DNA of 64,000 nucleotides, from NCBI GenBank assembly GCA_963792535.1, contig CAWBWQ010000001.1, positions 96,001-160,000 of the forward strand, written 5' to 3'. Source of the stretch: an uncultured Phycisphaerales bacterium (lineage in GTDB: Bacteria > Planctomycetota > Phycisphaerae > Tepidisphaerales > Tepidisphaeraceae). A program made the translations under genes and the position numbers. Every line of letters starts with the position of its first letter. Positions within the stretch are counted from its first letter, which is position 1. This document shows, piece by piece, positions 44,238 through 53,844 of the stretch. The notes below the pieces were generated by a model. It worked only from the letters and a program-made list of their open reading frames with translations. It searched no databases and was not told the DNA's origin.

Positions 44238-46178
44238 CTATGACATCATTGCTTTCGCAGTCGGCATTCCTGTGAGAAGGGATTCCGCCTCTTCCAGATG
44301 CATGATGACAGCGGGAATGTAGCCCTCGGTAAAACGTATGACGCCTGCGTTGGTGGTGGTTGCCAGCGTTGCCGCCTGCGCTGCCAGAGCAGAGGCATGG
44401 CTCGTAGCCAGGGCCGTCAGGTATACCGTGCTGAATGACGCCGTTCCGATGGCTGCGTTCACTAAGTTGGCGGTTGCGATGTCCGCAGGCGTCGTCACGC
44501 CGGCGGTCAATGTGACGTGGTTTCTTGCCGCCAGCGACACAAGCTGCTTGTTCACAACGGTGTGCATCCGGATCAGCATTTTAGAAAATGCGACATCGGC
44601 GACGTTGGGATCGTTTGCTTCGTCCGTCCTCGCCAGTTCGATCTCAAGCGTGCTGCCCGAAAGCGTGCTCTGCAGGGCGGCCTGGTCTGAAGCGGTGAGT
44701 GCACCGGTCCCCCGGCCGACTTGTAACCGCCGCGCGAGCTCCAGATGCTTCACGTCATTCGGGAGAGATTGTTCAACCGCTGTGCGTATGTCAGCGTTCG
44801 GTGTTAATGTAATATCGCTTCCCTCGGCGCTGACCAGGGCGGCGTTCAGCGAAACCATCGTAGATTCGTAAGCCTGTCGCGCTGATGCGATATTTAATGT
44901 CGTCAGCAGGCTACCAGCGGCGGCAAGGTCGCCGGCGGAAGTGATGCCGGCCGGGAGCGATATTCCATACCTGTTAGCAATATTCTCGAGCCGATATGTA
45001 GCCGCCGTGTTGTCTTTTGTAGCGCTGGTTGCCAGTGAAGCAGTCGCACCAGGCGCGAGCTGATCTATCTCCGAAAGCGCAAGTTGAAGTGATCGTGAGG
45101 AAATATCGGCGGAGAGGATAGCCGCGTCCGCAGTTGATAGTGTGGCACCCGTGGGCGCGAAAGCAATATTTGTCAGGACCACGGGCGCAAAGCCGAGTAA
45201 CGCTTTTGCTTCCTCTTCATGTTGTATTACCATCGGCATATAGCTCTCGACAAAACCGATGACCGAAGCATTATCGGTGGAGATCAGTTCCCGGGCATTC
45301 TCACCTAAAGCAAGTGCATGCGAGCGCGCCGACGCCATGAGATAGGCAGAATCGAGTTTTGCCGGAAATCGCGATGCAACAGTAACGCCCTTAAGCGTCT
45401 GGAGGTCCGCGCGGGACGACACGCCCGGCGTCAATGTGGTACCTTCGGCGGCGGCAAGGGATCCCACTTGCGAGTCAACCATCGTATGCATGCTGATGAG
45501 CATCGACGCATAGTCACTTACTGCTGTAGAAGCAGTCGCCGGTTGTGCCAACTGAGAGATCTCGATTTCCAGGTTGCTTCCTGAGAAAGTAGTCTGCAAA
45601 TAGGCGGTGTCCGTGTTGGTGAACGCGGTCGTACCGGTGCCGGTCAATAGTGTCTTTGCTCCTTCCAGGTTGGCAAGTTCATCAGAAAGCACCTTCTCCA
45701 CATAACCGAGCACGGCGTTATTTCGGGTGGCATTTATCAACATGCCGTCATTGGCGATCATCGTGGCGCTGATCTTCTCCATTGCCGAGAGATAGGCCGA
45801 GTCAAAAGTAGATGTATTGACCCCGGACACCATATTGCGAGCGGCAGCGATATCGGCCCTGCTTGTGACGCCGGACGGGATTGCCCGTCCGTAGGTGGTA
45901 GCCAGGTTTTCCAGTGCATAATTGTCGGCCTGCTGATTCAGCATGACCGCAGTTGCATAGTTCCGCACGGCCAGGGTAGGGCTATTCAAAACCGCGACTT
46001 GAGAGATAATATGTTCCAGCGTGCCGGCAGAGAAAGCCGTCTGAATTGCCGCTCGGTCTGGGCCGGACAATACATTTGATGCACTGAGAAACAGTCGTGA
46101 TTCGAGTGTTTCACAGTGTTCCCCACGCAGTGGGGAAACAGAAGATCGAAGAGATAACGATAGAGATGCGGTGTTCAC
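44238..46178 (-). CDS. Secreted LEPR-XLL-type protein with four DUF4142-like (ferritin-like) repeats
   Basis: ETLESRLFLS leader; four repeats of D..L.....S..LE..SQ/A...FDSAYL...P....HLE.A..L; GGAG before GTG 46178. Confidence 0.7.
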   Translation of the reverse strand: MNTASLSLSLRSSVSPLRGEHCETLESRLFLSASNVLSGPDRAAIQTAFSAGTLEHIISQVAVLNSPTLAVRNYATAVMLNQQADNYALENLATTYGRAIPSGVTSRADIAAARNMVSGVNTSTFDSAYLSAMEKISATMIANDGMLINATRNNAVLGYVEKVLSDELANLEGAKTLLTGTGTTAFTNTDTAYLQTTFSGSNLEIEISQLAQPATASTAVSDYASMLISMHTMVDSQVGSLAAAEGTTLTPGVSSRADLQTLKGVTVASRFPAKLDSAYLMASARSHALALGENARELISTDNASVIGFVESYMPMVIQHEEEAKALLGFAPVVLTNIAFAPTGATLSTADAAILSADISSRSLQLALSEIDQLAPGATASLATSATKDNTAATYRLENIANRYGISLPAGITSAGDLAAAGSLLTTLNIASARQAYESTMVSLNAALVSAEGSDITLTPNADIRTAVEQSLPNDVKHLELARRLQVGRGTGALTASDQAALQSTLSGSTLEIELARTDEANDPNVADVAFSKMLIRMHTVVNKQLVSLAARNHVTLTAGVTTPADIATANLVNAAIGTASFSTVYLTALATSHASALAAQAATLATTTNAGVIRFTEGYIPAVIMHLEEAESLLTGMPTAKAMMS

Positions 46179-46244
46179 TGGCCACTCCAATAAGACGGGT
46201 TAGTTATTACAGGCACGTGCCGCCTGCCGGCGACAGAGGGGCCT

Positions 46245-46260
46245 TGCAATAGCGATACCT
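46245..46260 (-). promoter_or_regulatory. sigma54-type motif upstream of the DUF4142-repeat gene
   Basis: Reverse complement AGGTATCGCTATTGCA (GG-N10-GC). Confidence 0.5.
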
Positions 46261-46380
46261 TTAATACTGCGTGTCGTAAGGAATACCCATGCATGGGTCG
46301 CCGGTTCCCCTTAACAGATGCCTGTTTCTAGCCGCGTCTCCGGTCAGGAATTGTTGAAAGCCTAATCGATGAACCAATGT

Positions 46381-46395
46381 TGGCCGCTCTTTTGC
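46381..46395 (+). promoter_or_regulatory. sigma54-type motif upstream of the small basic gene
   Basis: TGGCCGCTCTTTTGC (GG-N10-GC). Confidence 0.5.
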
Positions 46396-46469
46396 GAATC
46401 TCTAAGCCAGTTCGTAAGGAGGCTACAATCGGAGGACGGTCAGCCAATTCCAATCGTACGGAGGCAGTT

Positions 46470-46733
46470 ATGTCAGCATCGCGTCAAGGAATGAGTCATG
46501 GCAAAGATCGAAAGCGTCGTGGTCGCACATCCATTACCGGGGTTGGCGGCTCTACTACCCCAAATGTTCCTCAAACGCTATTAACGGAGGTCAACCGTAG
46601 TGTGACTGCCAATGGCAACGGCAACAAACATCGCGGTGACCGGAGGGATATGAGCAAAGCATATACAGGCAACCAACGACACGCGACGCGCGGCAACACC
46701 GCTCGGCCCGATGTCGAAACACGAGCTCGATGA
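46470..46733 (+). CDS. Small hydrophilic Arg/Gly/Thr-rich protein
   Basis: GGAGG RBS, upstream sigma54-like motif and downstream hairpin. Confidence 0.55.
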   Translation: MSASRQGMSHGKDRKRRGRTSITGVGGSTTPNVPQTLLTEVNRSVTANGNGNKHRGDRRDMSKAYTGNQRHATRGNTARPDVETRAR

Positions 46734-46745
46734 GCTACAACACTT

Positions 46746-46783
46746 GGAGGTGTCGCCTCTGCCGAGGCAGGGGTGATGCCTCC
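46746..46783. terminator. Long GC-rich hairpin between convergent genes
   Basis: GGAGGTGTCGCCTCTGCC-GA-GGCAGGGGTGATGCCTCC. Confidence 0.55.
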
Positions 46784-46961
46784 TTCAGGTTTTAAAACTG
46801 TCGATCGAATATCGTCTTCGTAAAGCGCGCTTCTGCGACTGGTGCTTGCGTATGTGAAGCAGGGCCAATCCCCATTAGAGATCCAATTCGGTCCACGTGA
46901 CTAATAGACCGCTACATAACTAAATGTATGGCGGTCGACACAAGGCCATTACCTGCGTTGG

Positions 46962-47999
46962 TTAGAGTAACACCTTCCCGCCGGTGGCGCCATAGATTTG
47001 AGCCGTCGTAAAGCTTGCCGAGTTTTCTGCCAGCGTGACGTAGGCCGACGCCATTTCAGCCGGTTGCCCCGGACGTTTAAGAAGCGATTCCTCGCCGAAC
47101 TTCGGAAGCGAGTCCGGCGAACTACCGCCGCTGACTTGGAGTGGCGTCCAGATTGGGCCCGGGGCGACAGCGTTGACGCGAATCCCTTTGCTTGCCAGTT
47201 GCTTTGCCAGGATCTTCGCCAATTGAGCGTTGCACGCTTTGGTTTGCGCGTAATCTGTCAGATTAGGCGATGGGTCGAATGCCTGTTCGGAAGCTGTGAA
47301 GATGATGGCTGCGCCCGCGGGAAGGTGGGGTATCGCAGCCTTGGTAATCCAGAAGGGGGCGTATACGTTAGTCTTAAACGTTGCGTCGAAGTCTTCGGTA
47401 GTGACGTCCAGGATTGACTCGCGCGATTGTTGTCGACCGGCGTTACTGACCAGGATATCAAGACCGCCGAGTTGCGATATTGCAGTTGCCACTAATTGCT
47501 CACAGAACGCCTCAACGCGAAGATCGCCGGGAATGGGCACGGCCTTTCTACCCTCTGCGCGAATAAGGCCAATTACCTCCCGCGCATCGGGTTCTTCTGC
47601 CGGAAGGTAGTTAATAGCAACGTCTGCTCCTTCGCGGGCAAACGCTATAGCCACAGCTCGACCGATCCCACTATCGCCACCAGTGATTAGTGCTTTACGA
47701 CCTGCAAGCCGGCCTGACCCTTTGTAACTCGTTTCACCGTGATCGGGCTGCGGGTCCATCTTTGATGCCAGGCCCGGCCAGGGCTGCTGCTGTTTGTTGA
47801 ATGGAGGCTTGGGGTACTTTTCGTTTGGATTGCGAAGGCCGGTGTCAGGCGTCGTGCCAGGATTGGTTGTCGGGATTGCATCCCCGCGCTGCGCGGAGGC
47901 GAGGACCGACGCGGACGCTGCCGTCATCAGCGCGGCAGCGCCTGCCCGTATCACATTGCGACGGGACGTATCTGTATGCGTTGGAATTGTCTGGTCCAT
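46962..47999 (-). CDS. YghA-like SDR oxidoreductase with a twin-arginine-like leader
   Basis: PDHGETSYKGSGRL, TGGDSGIG, YAQTK, NAVAPGPIWTPL; SRRNVIRAGAAALMTAASASVLA. Confidence 0.88.
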   Translation of the reverse strand: MDQTIPTHTDTSRRNVIRAGAAALMTAASASVLASAQRGDAIPTTNPGTTPDTGLRNPNEKYPKPPFNKQQQPWPGLASKMDPQPDHGETSYKGSGRLAGRKALITGGDSGIGRAVAIAFAREGADVAINYLPAEEPDAREVIGLIRAEGRKAVPIPGDLRVEAFCEQLVATAISQLGGLDILVSNAGRQQSRESILDVTTEDFDATFKTNVYAPFWITKAAIPHLPAGAAIIFTASEQAFDPSPNLTDYAQTKACNAQLAKILAKQLASKGIRVNAVAPGPIWTPLQVSGGSSPDSLPKFGEESLLKRPGQPAEMASAYVTLAENSASFTTAQIYGATGGKVLL

Positions 48000-48066
48000 G
48001 GGAGAATCCTTTCTGATGTGCAACTCAAATAATGCTCTGATGATGCGATGTGCAGATGATGAAGTT

Positions 48067-49101
48067 TTACAAGTCGTTGCTTTCAGAAACGTCATGCCTG
48101 GACGCGGCCAGCAAACCAAATCCGATAGCCGCAGCGGATGCGACGAGCACCGTGGTGACGGGATGACGTACAGCAGCGCCATAGACGCTATGTTTGAAGA
48201 CATGCCGATCGCGGTCGACATCACCGTCAGTCTGATGAAATCCGCGCGAAGAGTGCAGCCCTTCATTGGAGTGATCCGCCGGGCGATCCGCCAACTGCTG
48301 CGGGCCGCCCAATGTCGCCATCAGATGATCAAAGAGTGTAGGAAAATGCTGGCCCACGAGTACACGCAATCGTCCAGCACCACCGGCGTATAGCTCGCGC
48401 CCGCCGTGAACAGCGGCATGGAGGATCTGGTCGGCCACGATATTGACCGCGTAGACCGGGCTCGGCAGCGTCGCATCTTTATCGATGTTGTTCTTTGCGT
48501 GGCGCGGGAAGGGTGTATTAATCGCTGTAGGTTTGATGAGCGTAACGCTGATGGGCAAACCGTCTTCCATTATTTCTTGACGCAGCGCATCGGTAAATCC
48601 CAGAACGGCATGCTTGCTTGTCGCATACATCCCCTGGATCGGCAGTGAAACATCCGACACTTCGCTGCCTAGGTTGATCAGCGCGCCACCACCAGCTGCT
48701 TTCAAATGCGGCACGGCGATCCGCGATCCGTTTACAATGCCCCAGAAATTAGTCTCGAACAGACGCCGATCGTCGGCAACGTCGGTTGTTAGAATCTTTG
48801 TATACATGCCCACGCCGGCATTGTTCACCCAGGTGTTGATCCGTCCGAATCGGGCGACGCCCTCTTCGGCTGCGGCAGAAAGCTGAGCGGCATCGGCGAC
48901 ATCGGCGACAGCTGCAATCGCATCGCCTCCCAGGGCGGTAATTTCTTCCACGAGTGTCTGCAGCGCTTCAAGATTACGAGAAACGGCGATAATCTTCGCA
49001 CCGGCTTTAGAAAAACGCAGCGCTGTCTGGCGGCCTATGCCACTTGAGGCACCGGTAATCAGCACGACCTGTTTATCGAGAGGTTTTAATTTAACTTTCA
49101 T
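48067..49101 (-). CDS. SDR family oxidoreductase
   Basis: TGASSGIG, WVNNAG, YATSK. Confidence 0.9.
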   Translation of the reverse strand: MKVKLKPLDKQVVLITGASSGIGRQTALRFSKAGAKIIAVSRNLEALQTLVEEITALGGDAIAAVADVADAAQLSAAAEEGVARFGRINTWVNNAGVGMYTKILTTDVADDRRLFETNFWGIVNGSRIAVPHLKAAGGGALINLGSEVSDVSLPIQGMYATSKHAVLGFTDALRQEIMEDGLPISVTLIKPTAINTPFPRHAKNNIDKDATLPSPVYAVNIVADQILHAAVHGGRELYAGGAGRLRVLVGQHFPTLFDHLMATLGGPQQLADRPADHSNEGLHSSRGFHQTDGDVDRDRHVFKHSVYGAAVRHPVTTVLVASAAAIGFGLLAASRHDVSESNDL

Positions 49102-49113
49102 TTGAATCTCTAT

Positions 49114-49572
49114 TTAAATTCCTGAAGCTTGTTCAACCTGCCCCGCGGGAATAGCGGATGACGGTCTGACTCGGTTGCGTGCCGCGGTTGCGACAGTGGT
49201 GGCGTGTTGCAAATCCGCCTGTATGAGGGAGGCAACGAGAATGTCCAGCCCGGTTACCGCCAGCACAATACCGATCACGACAGCAAGCCCCCTGGGACGG
49301 TTCGTGTTTGATGCAGCAACCCCGAGCATCGCCAGGTCGACAGCATCTCCAGCCACGCGGCCCCAGAGGCCGCTAGCCAGTGTCGCATTCAAGCCGGGTT
49401 GCGACAGTATCGTTACACCCGCGGCAATCTCCCGAAGGCCAAACGATCGGATCAGCGTGTGATGATTGCCAACCCCCATCTCATCTTCCAGCCATCGGGT
49501 GGCGGCAAGTTCTATGGCCCCAACCGCAAGGCTGGTCCAACCCAATGATTTAGCTAACTGAATGTTCCGCAT
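49114..49572 (-). CDS. Membrane hypothetical protein
   Basis: LAKSLGWTSLAVGAIEL, GLREIAAG, WGRVAGDAVDL; AGGAG RBS. Confidence 0.7.
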   Translation of the reverse strand: MRNIQLAKSLGWTSLAVGAIELAATRWLEDEMGVGNHHTLIRSFGLREIAAGVTILSQPGLNATLASGLWGRVAGDAVDLAMLGVAASNTNRPRGLAVVIGIVLAVTGLDILVASLIQADLQHATTVATAARNRVRPSSAIPAGQVEQASGI

Positions 49573-49676
49573 TGCGACTCCTGAATAAATTCGTTTGAGC
49601 ACATAGCTCTGTAACTCTTCCAATCACACCAACGCGCCTCGTGGAAAAACACACGCGCGACGTGCGGCTCGGTAGG

Positions 49677-49691
49677 GCAATGAGTGTGCCG
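49677..49691 (-). promoter_or_regulatory. sigma54-type motif upstream of the membrane protein-SDR-SDR operon
   Basis: Reverse complement CGGCACACTCATTGC (GG-N10-GC). Confidence 0.65.
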
Positions 49692-49858
49692 CCGCGACCT
49701 AATGAATTTGGCTTTGTGTAGTAGAGTATCGCGTTGGCAGGATGAGAGCCTGACGGAATAGAGCCTGGCCATAGCCTGTGGCATCAATAAAAAGTAGAGG
49801 GAAACCTAAGGAAAAGGCGCTGTAGCCGCGGCGCGTGCTCGGGGACTATTGATTGGCC

Positions 49859-50722
49859 ATGAAAAATACAACTCAAACATCACTCCCTCCGAAACAACAT
49901 CAGGACAAAGTTCCTGGAGAGACCAAAGCCATGGATCCGAAGCCGGATCATGGTGAACAAAGTTACAAAGGCAGCGGTCGCCTTGCTGGCAAGTCCGCCG
50001 TCATCACTGGTGGCGACAGTGGGATCGGCCGGGCGGTTGCGATTGCCTACGCCCGGGAAGGCGCTGACGTCCTTATTTCGTATCTGAACGAGGATGAAGA
50101 TGCCGCCGAGACGGCGAAGTGGGTCGAAAAGGCCGGTCGCAAAGCGGTCACTTTTCGCGGCGAACTGGCCGACCCGGCGTATTGCCGAGCGGTAGTCGAA
50201 CGAGCGGTTGAGACCTTTGGCAAGGTGGATATTCTCGTCAACAATGCCGCCTTCCAGATGTCGCATGAATCGATCGATGAAATCAGCGACAAGGAATGGG
50301 ATTACACCTTCGATGTAAACATCGGCGCGATGTTCCGCCTTACCAAAGCCGCCGTGCCGCACATGAAACCGGGCGCGGCGGTCATCAATACCGCCAGCAT
50401 CAACGCCGACACTCCCAAACCCACTCTGCTTGCCTATGCCGCGACGAAAGCCGCCATTCAGGATTTTACCGGCGGGTTGGCGCAGCTGCTGGCTGACAAA
50501 GGCATTCGCGCAAACTGCGTTGCGCCCGGCCCGATCTGGACCCCGTTGATACCCGCCACCATGCCGCCAGAAGAGGTGGAGAATTTTGGTAAGTCTGTCC
50601 CGATGAAACGGCCCGGCCAGCCCGCCGAGTTAGCCGCTGTTTATGTGCTGCTCGCCTCAGATGAGGCTAGTTATGTGAGCGGGGCCACCGTCGCGGTCAC
50701 CGGAGGCAAACCGCTGATTTAG
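49859..50722 (+). CDS. YghA/YhdF-like SDR oxidoreductase
   Basis: PDHGEQSYKGSGRL, TGGDSGIG, YAATK, RPGQPAEL. Confidence 0.92.
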   Translation: MKNTTQTSLPPKQHQDKVPGETKAMDPKPDHGEQSYKGSGRLAGKSAVITGGDSGIGRAVAIAYAREGADVLISYLNEDEDAAETAKWVEKAGRKAVTFRGELADPAYCRAVVERAVETFGKVDILVNNAAFQMSHESIDEISDKEWDYTFDVNIGAMFRLTKAAVPHMKPGAAVINTASINADTPKPTLLAYAATKAAIQDFTGGLAQLLADKGIRANCVAPGPIWTPLIPATMPPEEVENFGKSVPMKRPGQPAELAAVYVLLASDEASYVSGATVAVTGGKPLI

Positions 50723-50752
50723 TTTCGGTCGAACTTTTGGGATCCTTCTACG

Positions 50753-50784
50753 AGGGGCACCACGCTATGGCACGTGGTGCCCCT
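50753..50784. terminator. Hairpin between convergent genes
   Basis: AGGGGCACCACG-loop-CGTGGTGCCCCT. Confidence 0.6.
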
Positions 50785-50816
50785 TCTCTCGTGGCGTGCC
50801 CAATGAGAGTAGAACT

Positions 50817-52018
50817 TTATGGAACAATTGGCCCAGCAAAAGAGATAGGCGTTGGATAACTTGCCATCGTGATTGCCCCGAACGGGTCGGTCACCTGCAC
50901 GAAAATGTAGCGGTCGATCACCGTGCCATCGTCTGGCCCGTTATCGGGCATATTAAAATTGATGTAGAAAGTGCGAATGCCGCCTTTAATTACTGTCAGC
51001 GTCAAAGGCAGCGAGTTTTCTTCTACAGCACTGGAATCAAACGTCGGGTTTGCCGAGGCAAACAGTGTAAATTGATCGGCGCCGGTCGAAGTTGCGCCGG
51101 CATTCTTGATTGACATCGTCAGATCAAGCTGCGTGATATGCTGAGCGAAGCCTGCGAACTGGTCATAGGTGTATTTCTCGGTCGCTGTCACGATCGTATC
51201 GGTAAATCCGGTGGCCACCGTAGGTGTTGCCACGGTAAAGACCGGCGCGATTGCGGGGTCCGTGGTTGTGATCGTGCCGTTGGATTGGGTCACTTCTGAA
51301 ATCAGCTCATAGGTTCCGACCCCAAGCGACGGCGCGGAACGCAGCGTGATCGGCACGCGCACAGTTCGGCCGGCATTGATTCTCAAAGTGCGAGGCAACG
51401 ACGAAATCCCCGTCGCGCTTGCAACGGTTCCATCCGGCGTCGCAGCGAGGCCTATGTTCAAAGGACCCACATAAGGATCCGTTCCGCTGTTAGTGATCGA
51501 CACGGTGTCGACGATGTGGAACCTCGCGCCGGTGCTTCGGAAGCCGGAACTTTTGAGAATTTTTCAGTTTCTGACAGTGAGACATTCGGCGTGTGCACGG
51601 TCAATGTCGGGCCCGGAGGGGATTGCGAATAAACACTGTTGGCATCTGTTACAACACCGAAAAGAGTGTCCGTCCCATCCGCGAGCTTCCCCTTGTGGAT
51701 CGCGATCACAAACGGATAAATATGACTTTTACCGTTGGCCAGTGAAATCACAGCGGGCCCCGAGCGAAGTATCCCCCAGTTATGGCTCGGAATATCAAGA
51801 ACCTGGTACGCGATGAAAATTCCGACCGCGCCGCGAAACTTCTGTGTCACTCCGCTGTTGTTAGTCACCTCCAATTTCACCACGCCGTGCAGGACGGATT
51901 GATCGGAGATCGTTGCCGGCAGCGTGCTGGAGAGTATTGTCTCGGTCAGTTGAGAACCGTCGAACAGCAACCGTTGCTCCATTGCTTCGATCATGGCAGG
52001 ACGTGATTTGCTCAACAT
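50817..52018 (-). CDS. Secreted LEPR-XLL-type beta-rich protein; apparent frameshift ~51535
   Basis: IEAMEQRLLFD leader; three Ig/CARDB-like segments across ORFs 51458..52018 and 50817..51503. Confidence 0.65.
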
Positions 52019-52174
52019 GGTTTACCTTTCCCTTTCGAAATGTCTTTTGATTGTCTCTTAACGCTGCGTAGCTCGACAGCAAACTATCGAAATGGGTTGC
52101 GCAGAACCAGTGGCAAAATTACGGTATTGACGCGGAAGCCCATGGGGTACCGCAAAAGACGGCATCCGTCGTCG

Positions 52175-53187
52175 CTATCGCGCCAGCCCTTTTGCCAGCA
52201 CGCCGGCCCCGAGTAGTCCGCTGTCTTTGTAGTCGACCAGCCGCACCGGCACCTCGGCGATTGCCTGGCGATGGGACATCGGCCCACTTTGCAGAAAGGA
52301 ATGCAGGAAGAACGGCGTGGATAATAAATGCCGCAACGCCAGGCAGATGCTGCCGCCCAGATATATCCCTCCTGTGGCATTGAACATCAACGCAAGATTG
52401 CCTGCAGCTGCACCGAGGATGCTGAGATACAACTGCACCGTTTGCAGCCGCAGGTCGTGCGCCGCAAGGGATCCACCTGCAACGTCATTGGTGATTTCCT
52501 CGCTCTTTGGGGCTGCGGCCAGTGTCGTGGCATTTGGGTTATGCAAAAAGGCGTAAATCCTCCGCATCCCCTCGCCGGCAAACACATATTCATTGCTCAC
52601 ATGCCCAAACTGCTGCTGCGCCGCGTGGTGACGAAGGAATTTTAGCAATCGATCCTGCTGCTCATCGCGCGGGGCAAAATCAATATGACCGCCTTCAGAG
52701 GAAAAAGTCTGATGCGGGCACCCCGCGACCGTTACCGCGCCGGCGACACCCACGCCGGTGCCGGGCATCAGCACCGCTCTGCTGCCAACCGCTCCGGGTT
52801 TTCCGGGATACAGTTCGATCAACTCGTGGTTCAGCAGGGCATCAACAGCCGCGAGGTGCGGCGGCATATCGTTGATCAGCAAAACTTTGGATTCGTCCAT
52901 GCCGAGGATGCCCGCAACGTCCTTTCGGAAAACGCGGTCGGGTCGGTTGGTGATCTGCACATGATCGTCTTCAATCTGCCCGGCAAGCCCGAGGCAGGCG
53001 GCGGTAAATGTATGATTTACCCGCTCGGCATATTCCTGCAGCGCCGTGACGATCAAGTAAGGCTGATTTGTTCGCGCATCGAGCCGGAAGGTAGCCTCAT
53101 CCTGGCGCTGCGCGGGTCATCCTCAAACCAGGCAAGACGAATGTTCGTACCACCGATGTCGCTGACAAGAAACCGTTGATGCACCAT
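52175..53187 (-). CDS. glk: Glucokinase; apparent frameshift(s) ~53060-53110
   Basis: MVHQRFLVSDIGGTNIRL at 53187; LLIND, PGTGVG, SEGGHIDFAP, GGIYLGGSI. Confidence 0.85.
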
Positions 53188-53379
53188 AGTGATTGATCGC
53201 CGGGGAACGAAACCGAAACAGTGATGCGCAACAATACGCTGCGATGCGTCGAAACCCGCTGCGACGTCCTGAGACTATCAACATTTTAGCAAATCGGCGA
53301 GCAGGGCGAGCGCCAGGGAGCTGCCTATGTGGACCTGCCTGGTCGGAGCTGCCTTGTTGTAGCTCGATATGCCTGCCGC

Positions 53380-53766
53380 TTATGCCGGTGGCGGTGGGGC
53401 AAGAAGATGCCGCTTGACGCGTGTCAGCAGATCGTCGAAACCGAAGGATGCCTTGGGGATCAGATCCTGAATTTTTAATTCCTGGGCACGCTGGATCAGC
53501 TTCAGATCGTCGCTAGCGCCGGTGAGCACCACAACCGGGAGATGTTCCCAGCGATCACTTCTTCGAATCATTCGCAGCAGGGTGACACCGTCCATCTCCG
53601 GCATCATCAGATCGAGCAGAACCAGATCCGGCGTGTGATCGTACATCATTGCCCAGGCGTCGCGGCCATGCTCGGTGCGCAGCACTTTGAAACCTTCATA
53701 CTCGAGCAGTTTTGCGACCGCTTCCCGCGCAAGAGCCGTGTCATCTACGACAAGAATTGTGGACAT
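53380..53766 (-). CDS. Single-domain response regulator (CheY-like)
   Basis: ILVVDD, PDLVLLDLMMPEMDG, VVVLT, IPK. Confidence 0.9.
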   Translation of the reverse strand: MSTILVVDDTALAREAVAKLLEYEGFKVLRTEHGRDAWAMMYDHTPDLVLLDLMMPEMDGVTLLRMIRRSDRWEHLPVVVLTGASDDLKLIQRAQELKIQDLIPKASFGFDDLLTRVKRHLLAPPPPA

Positions 53767-53844
53767 GCACTACGCTCCGTTTGAAAGGTAATGTGCATGA
53801 ATGCACCTGCCTGGTCAACGGTAAAGTTACCAGAATAGACGGAT

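Noticed and set aside
47999..48266. N-terminal extension of the 434-aa SDR ORF
   Set aside because: Overlaps the upstream SDR gene; ATG 47999 with an upstream AAGGA is the more plausible start
40500..52170. att duplication of the tRNA-Leu 3' end bounding the stress cluster
   Set aside because: No second copy of TCCTGTCCTGGGCA found by eye
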